Below are positions 24,191 through 33,646 of a DNA stretch of 64,000 nt, piece by piece. Positions within the stretch are counted from its first letter, which is position 1; every line of letters starts with the position of its first letter. The notes beneath the pieces were generated by a model, which was given only the letters and a program-made list of their open reading frames with translations, had not been told where the DNA came from and ran no database searches. The DNA is from Nemertoderma westbladi. Lineage: Eukaryota; Animalia; Xenacoelomorpha. Where the stretch lies: assembly GCA_032718475.1 (NCBI GenBank), contig JAUCBJ010008125.1, positions 1 through 64,000 on the forward strand, in the 5' to 3' direction. A program made the translations under genes and the position numbers.

Positions 24191-24790
24191 CTACAGTACA
24201 TCTTCCACCGCAGTTATTTCTTTCTGTTTATCATCATCATCAGTCGCAGTTAAACGCTTTCTCATGAAAAAGTGTAGAGCCTCAAACCAGCCAACACGTT
24301 TTGCTGAGCAGTATCGCAGACAGTTATCCCTTATGTTTAAGTGGAACGCGCATTTACTTTCCATTGTAGTGAATCGGTCGTGAAATCGACAAGGTGTTAA
24401 ATAATCGTGATATTGCTTATATATTCCCAATTTCTCCACCGAATTTGGCTCGAGAACATCGAGTTGGGAAACTAATATTGCCCGCTTCATCAACCCAAAT
24501 ACATGAATATTTTTTTTATATTTTAAATGTCTCTTCATATATTTTTTAAAGTCATCTTGAGAAATGTCCCCATAGTCCCAGGGCAAGTGAGAAGTCATAT
24601 CTCGTAAATTGTTTACGTGAGCTGCATCTAAAGCTGATAACTTAATATTAGACGGGCCTTTAATTAAAAACGTCTTTACATTAGTTTTGGTGTAATTAGA
24701 ATCGTATATTGCAAATTCTTTAAATACTACCGGATACTCTTTATTGTCTATCTTATAATATTGAAAATCAACAAAAATAATATTATCCAT
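24191..24790 (-). CDS. Polinton accessory protein, possible DEDD/DnaQ-fold exonuclease-like
   Basis: IIFVDFQYY...FKEFAI, LPWDYGDI, IHVFG..K and a C-terminal C..H/C..H..C cluster. Confidence 0.55.
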   Translation of the reverse strand: MDNIIFVDFQYYKIDNKEYPVVFKEFAIYDSNYTKTNVKTFLIKGPSNIKLSALDAAHVNNLRDMTSHLPWDYGDISQDDFKKYMKRHLKYKKNIHVFGLMKRAILVSQLDVLEPNSVEKLGIYKQYHDYLTPCRFHDRFTTMESKCAFHLNIRDNCLRYCSAKRVGWFEALHFFMRKRLTATDDDDKQKEITAVEDVL

Positions 24791-24821
24791 TTTATCTGAT
24801 AAACAAAAGTTAAATAATTAA

Positions 24822-25274
24822 TTACAAAGTTTGTTGGTTTAATTTATAATAATTAACAAGCCATTTATATAATATAATTTCATTGATTTCCACATTATTT
24901 GTAAACGCTCTCATTGGATAGATTGTGTAAATACGATTTACCAAATAATAAAGACAGTATAGACCGCATGTGGTCCTCCTGGGGTCTTGAAATTGTTTGC
25001 GTGTAGTACGCCACCTTGCGGAATTTTTCTCAAGCCATTTTTCAATGCATCTGTTTGGATATTTTGGTCCAAACGAGTCAAATACTTCGGCCTCATTATC
25101 TCGTATATATATCGCGATCCAATGAATCCCAGGCAGATGCTGTTTATCGGTATTTACTATCAAACCATAATCCTGCCGCTTATTATTATCTAATTTAGGT
25201 AATTTATTAGCTGGAAACGCGCCCAAATAGTGACCACCCACTGGAAACATATCAAGGTCCTCTGTAGATAACAT
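24822..25274 (-). CDS. Adenain-like cysteine maturation protease (PRO)
   Basis: IVNTD...GIHW, FDSFG, Q.....TCGLYC catalytic His/Asp/Cys. Confidence 0.95.
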   Translation of the reverse strand: MLSTEDLDMFPVGGHYLGAFPANKLPKLDNNKRQDYGLIVNTDKQHLPGIHWIAIYIRDNEAEVFDSFGPKYPNRCIEKWLEKNSARWRTTRKQFQDPRRTTCGLYCLYYLVNRIYTIYPMRAFTNNVEINEIILYKWLVNYYKLNQQTL

Positions 25275-25276
25275 AC

Positions 25277-26536
25277 TTAATCGATATGTATTTCTTTCCT
25301 GCTATTTAAACTTAATGATTGATCATAAATATTAAAAACGATTACATTTATGGTTTCAACCAACGGTTCGGCAAATCTTAATTTTAATTGACCGTTAGTA
25401 TATATCGACGGTTGCGGATCTCTAACGTTGCCGTCGGCGGTTAGGTCCCAGGATAGGATGGGACAATTACCTAAGTAGGTTTCATGGTCTATATTATTAC
25501 CCCCATAACCGTTAATATATGTATTAATGTTCTTCATTAATTGAGTATACTCAAAAATATATGTTCCATCTGTAAAATTAGGTTCGTATATTACACCCCC
25601 TACTGGAAGACCGTCTACAATCAGTTCCGCGCGTCTAAGGTTAAAATGTTCAAATTTCAAGGGATTGCTAATTAATTCTCCCGAATAAGCGTTATTTGTT
25701 ATGAAGCCAATAATAACTAATTTGGGTTTTTTACCATCAAATATGTTTGTTTGAGTGTAATTTGTGGTTTGAGCGGGAATAGTAAATGTTGTCACCTCCT
25801 TTTTTTGAAATTGATATTCAATATCGTAGCTCTCTAAACCTTTTAGGTGACTGCTTTCTATTACTGGATTAACCTCCATTCTAGGGATTAGAATTTTTAT
25901 TTCATCTAATTCTAGTCGAAGATTTGTCACGGCGTTTGCGTTTGGAGTGATTTTAAAAATAAACGAATTTGATACTTTTCTAAAATGCATTCTTAAATCA
26001 TACCCAGGTTGTATTATTTTAGTTTCAGTATCAAAATCAATCGTCAATCCACTTACAAATTGCATTTGTTTACTAAAGGCATCGGCAATAGGATGCGCGC
26101 CGGGATCAATTTCATTTCCGTGTTCAGATAAAGGTTGATGAAAGCCACCCGCACCCAGTAGCCCATTTTTATCCTCGTAAGTTGTAAATAATAAATTGGA
26201 TAAGTACGACTTGTAGAAATAATGGTTATTGCTATTTTCAACCTGCTTCTCATTAAGGTCTATTTTAATATCACTCCACATAGTTTCAGCTGGGTAATTC
26301 AGCATATAAATATGGGAGTTTTCAAGTCGTCTATCCCAACGTACTGTACATTTTGTAATTAATAACGCGTCTTGCAGTTTCGTATAGAATTCATTGGATC
26401 TGGGTACAAGGAAGGTGACCTCCCTAGATTCACTTCTGAGATTAGATACGGGGTAAATTGTTTCATAATGCTTTGCTTTAAATTCAGTCTGTATTGGCTG
26501 TGTAGAAAATAAATCTAATTCCTTAATAATTGACAT
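25277..26536 (-). CDS. Double jelly-roll major capsid protein
   Basis: ELDLF...IQT, PKLVIIGF...AYSG...NPLKFEHFNL, LKLRFAEPL; size and position typical of the Polinton MCP. Confidence 0.9.
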   Translation of the reverse strand: MSIIKELDLFSTQPIQTEFKAKHYETIYPVSNLRSESREVTFLVPRSNEFYTKLQDALLITKCTVRWDRRLENSHIYMLNYPAETMWSDIKIDLNEKQVENSNNHYFYKSYLSNLLFTTYEDKNGLLGAGGFHQPLSEHGNEIDPGAHPIADAFSKQMQFVSGLTIDFDTETKIIQPGYDLRMHFRKVSNSFIFKITPNANAVTNLRLELDEIKILIPRMEVNPVIESSHLKGLESYDIEYQFQKKEVTTFTIPAQTTNYTQTNIFDGKKPKLVIIGFITNNAYSGELISNPLKFEHFNLRRAELIVDGLPVGGVIYEPNFTDGTYIFEYTQLMKNINTYINGYGGNNIDHETYLGNCPILSWDLTADGNVRDPQPSIYTNGQLKLRFAEPLVETINVIVFNIYDQSLSLNSRKEIHID

Positions 26537-26538
26537 TA

Positions 26539-27099
26539 TTAAAAAATACTTTTTTCGCAGTGTTTCAGTTTGCCTTTTATATTTCTCTTTTTACTACGTC
26601 GATGATGTATGTTCATAGACATTGGTCTAGCGGGTCGCTTTAAATCTCTATAAACTTTTTCTACAACCGACCTTGTTGACGGTTTCATTTTATTTAATGC
26701 TTTATTAATAACCGTATTAGCCTGCTGATGTAAGACCCGCTTACCTTTTGGTATTACGTGTTGTCTCATAAATTTTGTGGTAAATGGTAAAGCTTTCTGT
26801 AAAACTTTTTTAGCTAATGGCTTACCAAATTTTTTCAATGTCGATAAGGCGTCTGTAAATATACCTTCTCCGTGTTGATTTGCCCGCATACCTCTAGGAT
26901 AACGCTGAAAACGACGTTGTTTTAAGTTTGGACCAAATGTGCCAATTTGTTGACCGTAAGGGTCAATATATGAACCACCACGAAAAACAGGAACTTGCGT
27001 CGAGCCTCTGGTACTTCTTCCGCCTTTAAAAACAGCAAGATTAGAGTCTGAACCCCCATATTGAGGTTTACTGTATCTTTGAAATAAATCAGAATCCAT
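26539..27099 (-). CDS. Basic virion core / membrane-lytic-type protein
   Basis: K/R-rich; QYGG, FKGG, FRGG and QHGEG glycine motifs followed by an amphipathic helix. Confidence 0.65.
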   Translation of the reverse strand: MDSDLFQRYSKPQYGGSDSNLAVFKGGRSTRGSTQVPVFRGGSYIDPYGQQIGTFGPNLKQRRFQRYPRGMRANQHGEGIFTDALSTLKKFGKPLAKKVLQKALPFTTKFMRQHVIPKGKRVLHQQANTVINKALNKMKPSTRSVVEKVYRDLKRPARPMSMNIHHRRSKKRNIKGKLKHCEKSIF

Positions 27100-27100
27100 T

Positions 27101-27955
27101 TTAATTTATACGTTTAAAGTGTAATGTAATAGAAGTTGTGCCGTATTCAAAATTCAAATCTTTTCCTTCTTTGTCTGTTATTTCAATATGAATGTATGTT
27201 ATCTTATATGATTTTTTTACAGGGATATAATGAATTGTATCCTTGACAAATTCTTTATTTATTACGCTACTATATTTCACATCATCAGGTATCGCAACAC
27301 GACGAAGTAAAGCTAAACCAAAATCGTTAATATATTGATTTTCAATTATATTAGTAGCCACGTACATGTTCGAATTAGGTTCTGGAATAGAGTTGGGTGG
27401 TTGAGGGCATAAAAATACCATCTGGTAAGCCTTTTCTCCATTTCCGATAACCTTTATTAAATAACCCTTTATATTATTTTTCGTCTTCAAAATAATTTTA
27501 AAATTTGGATTTAAATTCGCGCCGAGATTATTTTCAGTAATTCCAAAATAATAGGCTAATTGTTGGCCTATAAATAACTCTCGCACAGTTTTCCCTAAAA
27601 TAAATTGCAATCTATTTTGCTGAGTATTTTCAACTATTTGTAATTTATCTTTCAACGCTCCTGTGTTAAAATAATCTATAATGTCATTGATACTGTAGAA
27701 TAAACCAGATGGAAGTGTATCCTCAAAAATTTTTTTCCCTTTTTTTAATAAAATAACATTCTCTACATTGTTATACATGGACGGCAACGTTGCTAAGTAA
27801 AATATACTTTTTATACCTACCACCCAGTTTTCGTTTGGATTTATAGGTAAGGCGCCGTGGAAATTTATCTGATAATTACTAGCGCTATTGCGGGGAAAAT
27901 CAATTGGACAGGAATTACTTGGTAGTCTAACGTAGAACTCATCCATCACCGCCAC
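27101..27955 (-). CDS. Minor capsid (penton) protein, copy 2
   Basis: FYVRLPSNS...FPRNSASNY, WVVGI, MYVATNII...LLRRV, YIPV, ITLHFK. Confidence 0.85.
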   Translation of the reverse strand: MAVMDEFYVRLPSNSCPIDFPRNSASNYQINFHGALPINPNENWVVGIKSIFYLATLPSMYNNVENVILLKKGKKIFEDTLPSGLFYSINDIIDYFNTGALKDKLQIVENTQQNRLQFILGKTVRELFIGQQLAYYFGITENNLGANLNPNFKIILKTKNNIKGYLIKVIGNGEKAYQMVFLCPQPPNSIPEPNSNMYVATNIIENQYINDFGLALLRRVAIPDDVKYSSVINKEFVKDTIHYIPVKKSYKITYIHIEITDKEGKDLNFEYGTTSITLHFKRIN

Positions 27956-28811
27956 CCCGTATTAACTTAAGTGTTATAACAGTGCGACCTCCGCTGAAGT
28001 TAATTAATTGGCCTTGGCCATCACGTAAAGTAATTAAGATTGTTTTTAGTTTTTTATTCAACAATGGGAAATAGCAAATGCTCTCGTATTCGTGATTAAT
28101 ATATTTTCGATTTAATTGCGTTAAAGGGCAGGTTCTTAAGAGCGGAGCTAAAGCGTCGCCAACAAATGAGCTCTTAATAATATCTGTGTATATAAAGATA
28201 GTGTCTTTATTACGTGTTATATTTGTGGGAGCTGGAAAATCTAAAATGCCAATTTCCGAAATTTTTGGCCCGCTATAATTTAAAATTAATATCGGCTGTT
28301 CTATATTGCTTAATTCATCTACTGTAGTGGTACTGTATATATCCCAATTCGGAATATCCGGATGATTCCGATCCAATAACGGTTTTAAGCCTAGAATTTG
28401 TATTAATTCGCCGCGTAGACTTAATTGTATTTTTTTCAACTTTTTAGGAAATTTAAATTTAATTCTAGAATTATTTGTATTAAAAATGAATTCGAAATCT
28501 CTATATTTCGCTTCAGAATTAAACAGTTTATTTATATCATCAATAATCACTTGAATAGAGTTATGCATACCAGGAAATAAACTATATAATTTGGCATCTT
28601 TTGCATCTACCCCGATTGACAGCGAAATTTGAGTTTGCAGCGTAATATTACTGTATGTTGCTTGGTATTGAAGTTCGGCAAGTCCAATTTTGGCATTTGG
28701 ACCAATATATAATTCTTCGGCTAAATCAACAGTAAACTCACTAGGATTATTATTGGGATAAGTGTTCAATGAGCTATCTGAAAGTAGAGTGATATATGTA
28801 TCTGTGGCCAT
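27939..28811 (-). CDS. Minor capsid (penton) protein, copy 1
   Basis: YITLLSDSS...YPNNNPSEF, IGLAEL, IFIYTDII...VGD..APLLR, YFPL, ITLKL. Confidence 0.85.
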   Translation of the reverse strand: MATDTYITLLSDSSLNTYPNNNPSEFTVDLAEELYIGPNAKIGLAELQYQATYSNITLQTQISLSIGVDAKDAKLYSLFPGMHNSIQVIIDDINKLFNSEAKYRDFEFIFNTNNSRIKFKFPKKLKKIQLSLRGELIQILGLKPLLDRNHPDIPNWDIYSTTTVDELSNIEQPILILNYSGPKISEIGILDFPAPTNITRNKDTIFIYTDIIKSSFVGDALAPLLRTCPLTQLNRKYINHEYESICYFPLLNKKLKTILITLRDGQGQLINFSGGRTVITLKLIRGGGDG

Positions 28812-29060
28812 TATTATTATTATTTAAGCTCGCTCTCTCTACTTGACTCCTTTGTACATACAGTATAATGTTAAATTATAGACATCTGTGACCACGTTCA
28901 TTGCCAGCATCTTCTACAGTATATGCGTGGGATCAATATTTTACTGGCTTTATTTAAAGCGGATGAACTATAGATATAGTAATATCATTCGAGTTAATAT
29001 TATTGATTAATTACGGTCATATGCGAGCAAAATGAATTAATATACAGTATAAACCTAAGC

Positions 29061-29190
29061 TTATTGAATATGCTGTACCCAGGACTGTTTCTTGGATCCG
29101 ATGAATCGGACTAAATATTCTTTCTTCCCATTGCGTACACGTTCTTTAAGTTTGCCAATATTTTTTTTGTCAATTGCTAGATTAAATATT
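29061..29190 (-). pseudogene. Out-of-frame chromodomain-like integrase tail
   Basis: A shifted frame reads IFNLAIDKKNIGKLKERVRNGKKEYLVRFIGSKKQSWVQHIQ*. Confidence 0.65.
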
Positions 29191-30141
29191 ACTATTCGGG
29201 TGGACCTTTTGGAGTTCGTGAGAATAAAATGAGCCCTTTATTATAGCTCCGGTGCTGTCCTTAATATCGAACATTACCGCTGGTACTCTATCCAACCTGA
29301 CCCGATGAATAATAAATAATTCACGTGTCCATTGTTCTCGATAGCCTTTAGCAAAAGCAGTACGAGCAATAGATAATCGTACTGTATCTCCAACTTTAAA
29401 TTTTATTTTCTTGTGATTTATCTGTCTATATTTCCCATATAATCTATTCATTAATTCAGTTTCATTAAATTTATTAACTTCAATAGGTGTCATTTGTATT
29501 GTTCTATGATACGACCTATTATAAGCCGAGATAAGCTTAGGTAAAATTTTTATCCAAATATTATTTCCCCTTTGCGTGAAAATTTTGAACATCTTTGTTT
29601 TTAAGGTTCTGTTAAATCTCTCGACAATAGCCGCCTTATTCACAGAATACATTACGTAATACTGTATACCTAACGTATCTAAATATTTCCTTACAGATTT
29701 ATTTAGAAACTCAGTACCTTGATCTGTGGCGATTCTGTTTGGTTTTCCTTTCTGGAATATTTTTTGCAATATACTAATAATTTCAACACCCTTTTTTGTT
29801 TTCATAGCATAGCCAAAAGCAAGTCGACTGAAGGCTTCAATGCACGTTAATATATAGTTATAATTATTATTTTGCGACTTATATTGCTGCATATCCACCA
29901 GATCTATCATATATATATCTTTTATACCTCCCGTAAATATTTTAGATGTTGGATAATGTTGTCTACGTGGAGCGTGAAGGGTGTACGTCTTTTGTCCGCT
30001 CAACCATTTCTGGGCTTGCGCCGGTTTGATGTTTGCAGCTTTTGCTAATTTTGCAACACTCGCAAATCCCGCGGGGGATGAAGGATCTAAATAAATTCTT
30101 AACAGTTTTTTGTCTAAGCTTCGGCTTAAAATCGGTTTCAT
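29182..30141 (-). CDS. Retroviral-like (rve) DDE integrase
   Basis: YLDP..PAGF, YTLH, IDLVDM, TDQGTEF, VERFNRTLK, YNRSYHRTI, F.KGY...WT.ELF, GSFY..ELQ. Confidence 0.96.
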   Translation of the reverse strand: MKPILSRSLDKKLLRIYLDPSSPAGFASVAKLAKAANIKPAQAQKWLSGQKTYTLHAPRRQHYPTSKIFTGGIKDIYMIDLVDMQQYKSQNNNYNYILTCIEAFSRLAFGYAMKTKKGVEIISILQKIFQKGKPNRIATDQGTEFLNKSVRKYLDTLGIQYYVMYSVNKAAIVERFNRTLKTKMFKIFTQRGNNIWIKILPKLISAYNRSYHRTIQMTPIEVNKFNETELMNRLYGKYRQINHKKIKFKVGDTVRLSIARTAFAKGYREQWTRELFIIHRVRLDRVPAVMFDIKDSTGAIIKGSFYSHELQKVHPNSNI

Positions 30142-30375
30142 CTTGCGAGGTATCTTTTCGACAACCGCAAGTAATATGTATATTCAAATCTCTTATAAAG
30201 GGCATCACCGTAAGAACAACTGAAATTTTTTAATTATTTTCTTCGAAGTTGATGTTTTAAAGGGTTTTCTTTTTGTAGTATTTACTCTAGGTATATCTTG
30301 TGGTTTTAAATCAGCAGCTAACGGTTTACTCGATACTAAATATAATTTTCTAAATGTTACTCCCGTTTTAACCAT
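30138..30375 (-). CDS. Small Polinton ORF, probably frameshifted
   Basis: ATG at 30375 gives MVKTGVTFRKLYLV...; a second frame ends YYLRLSKRYLAR* with the TGA overlapping the integrase ATG. Confidence 0.4.
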
Positions 30376-30381
30376 TATTAC

Positions 30382-30765
30382 CTACCGTCCACGGTTAATT
30401 TTTTTCGCAATAGCAGCCCCCGCGGCCGCGGCACCGGCACTCGCGGCGAGTTTCGCACCAATGCCGAGTAAGGGTATTAGAAACGGTAGTATGCCTCCAG
30501 ATTGATTGCTTAACTTTTTTCTGTAACTTGATATATTTTTTGTTTTACGGTTGAGTGATTTCAATACCTTCTTATAGCGGCGAATATTTCTAAATGAATG
30601 AGGAGTCAATTGTACATTACCTTTTAGAACATTTAATGCAGTATTTATAATGAGCCGTATTAATTCGTTACTGGCGGTATGGTTAATAAAATAAGTTCTT
30701 TGTTGAGGGGTAGCGCTGCATAGAAATTCCAGTTCGTTACGATATTTCTGCACAAGTCTATTCAT
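30382..30765 (-). CDS. Basic Polinton core protein with probable protease cleavage site
   Basis: ALNVLKGNV.L and QSGGILPFLIPLL followed by a hydrophobic Ala-rich tail. Confidence 0.75.
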   Translation of the reverse strand: MNRLVQKYRNELEFLCSATPQQRTYFINHTASNELIRLIINTALNVLKGNVQLTPHSFRNIRRYKKVLKSLNRKTKNISSYRKKLSNQSGGILPFLIPLLGIGAKLAASAGAAAAGAAIAKKINRGR

Positions 30766-30802
30766 TGTTGCAACATTATTGAAAATTGTTACAAAATATT
30801 AA

Positions 30803-31483
30803 TTATTTATCATTATTATTATTATTATTTTCACTACGTTTATAGTCAGTGTAATTTTTAATGTAACAATTATGATTACGAAATATATCAGATCTAAATC
30901 TTAAATGTTCGGGTGTTTCCTGTCGTAAATCAATTAAGAAATGTGAAAATGGTTCAATTGTCGCATCTTGATAGGAAGCAACTAAAAATTTGGTCTGCCC
31001 TGGTAACATCTGCTTCGCGAAATTTAAAACCGATAGACTGTCTCTCGGATTTTTCATTAATACTAAAGTATGGCTATTAATTGATCTTGTGCGGTTATGC
31101 TTCCCACCGTAAAACATGTTTTGCGTTATAAAACAAATAAATATATTGGAATGATGAGCTACCTTAGTAAACAATACAGTTAAAGCTGTACTGGACTCAG
31201 TTTCTGTTAACAAATCATCTATAATTAATAAATCTCGACTATTCACTAAACTATCTATATTTTCAGGCAAGCCTTTGTAAAGGTGAGTAATACCAGGAAT
31301 AGTCGGGGGATTGCTCCCGTAACAATACAATACTCGCAAGGGGGCTTCGTTGAAACAACCATTCTTGTGTTTAATTAAATTGCTTACAAAGGTTGACTTT
31401 CCGGAGCCAGATGGCCCTGAAATTATCATACTTGTACCCATTTGAAAGTTTAAATTATATGGACCTGAATTAAAGTCAGCCAT
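30803..31483 (-). CDS. FtsK/A32-like genome packaging ATPase
   Basis: Walker A GPSGSGKS, Walker B LLIIDD, LFTK..HH, ITQN, KNPRD, IDL....PEHLRFR. Confidence 0.96.
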   Translation of the reverse strand: MADFNSGPYNLNFQMGTSMIISGPSGSGKSTFVSNLIKHKNGCFNEAPLRVLYCYGSNPPTIPGITHLYKGLPENIDSLVNSRDLLIIDDLLTETESSTALTVLFTKVAHHSNIFICFITQNMFYGGKHNRTRSINSHTLVLMKNPRDSLSVLNFAKQMLPGQTKFLVASYQDATIEPFSHFLIDLRQETPEHLRFRSDIFRNHNCYIKNYTDYKRSENNNNNNDK

Positions 31484-31693
31484 TTATTATTATTATTAAG
31501 ATATATCAACAATACAATATAATATAATATCAATATCAATAAACCAACACCATTACTATGTATATAACAATAATTGATGCAACTACAATATTAGAGTACT
31601 GTATATTTAATTAACATATGATACCACTACACTATGTCACGCTCGCTGCAGCAAAAGGTGCTATTTCCAATTATAGTATAGACTGATGTAATT

Positions 31694-32146
31694 TCAAGCA
31701 TGGTGAGCATCTTTATACGCGAAATAATGATAGGTAACATCGGCGGATTGGAAATCACTTCCCGAAAATTTCGCGCTAATGATTTTTTTATGTTCGCTTC
31801 TAAAAAAATAAGGAATATAGTAGCAACAGCGTCGTACTACGTTTCTATAAAAAATATTCTCCAATATTGTAAATAAATCTCCCGGATCATTACTTTTCGC
31901 AGAAATATAAGTTATATTGCGAAGCTCTTTCCAATAATAGGGTTGGTATCTTGCCAACTTTATATTAAACTTAGATATGGGTGCGCGACAAATAGGACAA
32001 ATTTTAGAACAATAATTATTCATTTCGGAATATTGTGCAATACATTGTACGCAAGTTGCATGTTTATTTTCACATTTATAATAATCTCGATGTTGTTGCA
32101 ATAACTTAGAATAGCAAACTGGACATTTTTCATTTAAAATATCCAT
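31694..32146 (-). CDS. RING-finger protein (putative E3 ubiquitin ligase)
   Basis: CPVC...CENKHATCVQC...CPICR, a C3HC4-type pattern. Confidence 0.8.
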   Translation of the reverse strand: MDILNEKCPVCYSKLLQQHRDYYKCENKHATCVQCIAQYSEMNNYCSKICPICRAPISKFNIKLARYQPYYWKELRNITYISAKSNDPGDLFTILENIFYRNVVRRCCYYIPYFFRSEHKKIISAKFSGSDFQSADVTYHYFAYKDAHHA

Positions 32147-32314
32147 TTTCCAAATTTTAAAGTAAATTGAAAATAATTACCACAATACACAACAACAACA
32201 ACAACAAACAAAACTGTTATACTGTATATACAAATACTACTACAATTTTCGATTATTTAAAAACAACAAAATTTTATATATAATCATAAAATATTTATAA
32301 TATAGAGGGAAAAG

Positions 32315-32761
32315 TCAAGAATCAATGATATTATCAACATATTCAACATTATCCGCTGATTCTTCAGGTTCGACAAAGGATTCTTTTGAAATCATTACAA
32401 TAAAGAAAGACATAATTTCGTAGGGGCTATGCCGATTTAGCCGTATTTCAAACTTTTCACCAGCTTCGTTGTATTGTGTAATAACAATAAATCCCTCTAT
32501 CATGGATAATAGTAAAATGTTGCTTAATTTTCCTCCCCCATGCTCAGCTTTCAGGTTGTAATCTAAAAGATGAATACTATTATCAGAAGCATCAATATCA
32601 ATTGAGCTTAAAACTTTCCTGGCTTTTTCAGAAAATTCAATTTTATATTTATCATCTCCCTGACGGTAAATTGTATAATCAATAACAATATAGGCTTGAC
32701 CATCTTCTGCAAAAAATGAATGCCTTACCATTGGCATAACCATATTGGAATCAGAAGACAT
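32315..32761 (-). CDS. Polinton hypothetical acidic protein
   Basis: 148-aa ATG-initiated ORF with a TATA-like run upstream at ~32860. Confidence 0.65.
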   Translation of the reverse strand: MSSDSNMVMPMVRHSFFAEDGQAYIVIDYTIYRQGDDKYKIEFSEKARKVLSSIDIDASDNSIHLLDYNLKAEHGGGKLSNILLLSMIEGFIVITQYNEAGEKFEIRLNRHSPYEIMSFFIVMISKESFVEPEESADNVEYVDNIIDS

Positions 32762-33325
32762 TATTTAATTTATTTTATTGTAAATCAAACAAACAAAGTA
32801 AAAACTTTTAAACTAAAACCATTACAAATGATTAATTGCGATTAAAGCAAGAGATTATATATATAAGATATTTTCAAAAATAATACAGGTCTTAAACTGA
32901 GAAATAGCCTAAATTCGGTTTATTGATTGGTTGATTAGCTGGTGGGTAACTACTGTATAAACAAAAAAATTATTGCGTAATAATCACTAATGCTCGTATA
33001 CGCGTAGCTAGAACGTGACGGAATCTCATGTATCATACTAGTTGGTTTGTTGATTTGGCGACAGCAGTCGTGGAGTTGGCAATCAATATAATATAATATA
33101 TGCATGATGCGTGTAGTTGGTGGCCACGTTGTCAGCATATACAGTATACAGTGGTTGGTTGCGTGGTAGTGGCGGTAACGTGGTGAAAAGGTGAATAACC
33201 GTAGGGTTAGGCAAACATCGCTGTTGGTTGAGTGGTTGGGTGGGTAACAGCTGTGGATTGAGTAGCGATGGGATGGGGGCTAGCCATGCATCGTGAGGTT
33301 AGGCTATGTGAAGATGAATATGCAA

Positions 33326-33646
33326 TGGTTGGTGAAAAATTGCGATTTGAAAAATAATAGAAGTTACCTGATGCTAAGTGTAGACACCCGAACACCTGTA
33401 AAATAAAGGTTGGTGATTGGATGCAGTACTAGCGTTGGGTGACTAATAACGCCTCTAGCGGAATAAGCGGGAACTTGAGAAGTTACCATGGTTATGGATG
33501 AAATGCTGACATCTGATTGGTTGAAATAATAACGACCGCTGCAAAAGGTTGAAATGGTGGCTTCTGATTGGCTGCAGTACCAGAAATGGATGGTAATGAT
33601 GGACTACGGGTGACCTTGTGCGAGGAACCATGTATTGTATACTACT
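33326..33646 (-). repeat. Polinton right terminal inverted repeat
   Basis: Mirror of 15398-15718; ends GTATACTACT followed by the TSD TATATG. Confidence 0.95.

Larger units (their letters stand above)
15398..33646. mobile_element. Complete Polinton/Maverick (adintovirus-like) provirus, 18,249 bp
   Basis: Termini AGTAGT...ACTACT, ~320-bp TIRs, TSD TATATG at 15392-15397 and 33647-33652; encodes pPolB, INT, ATPase, PRO, MCP and mCP. Confidence 0.97.
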
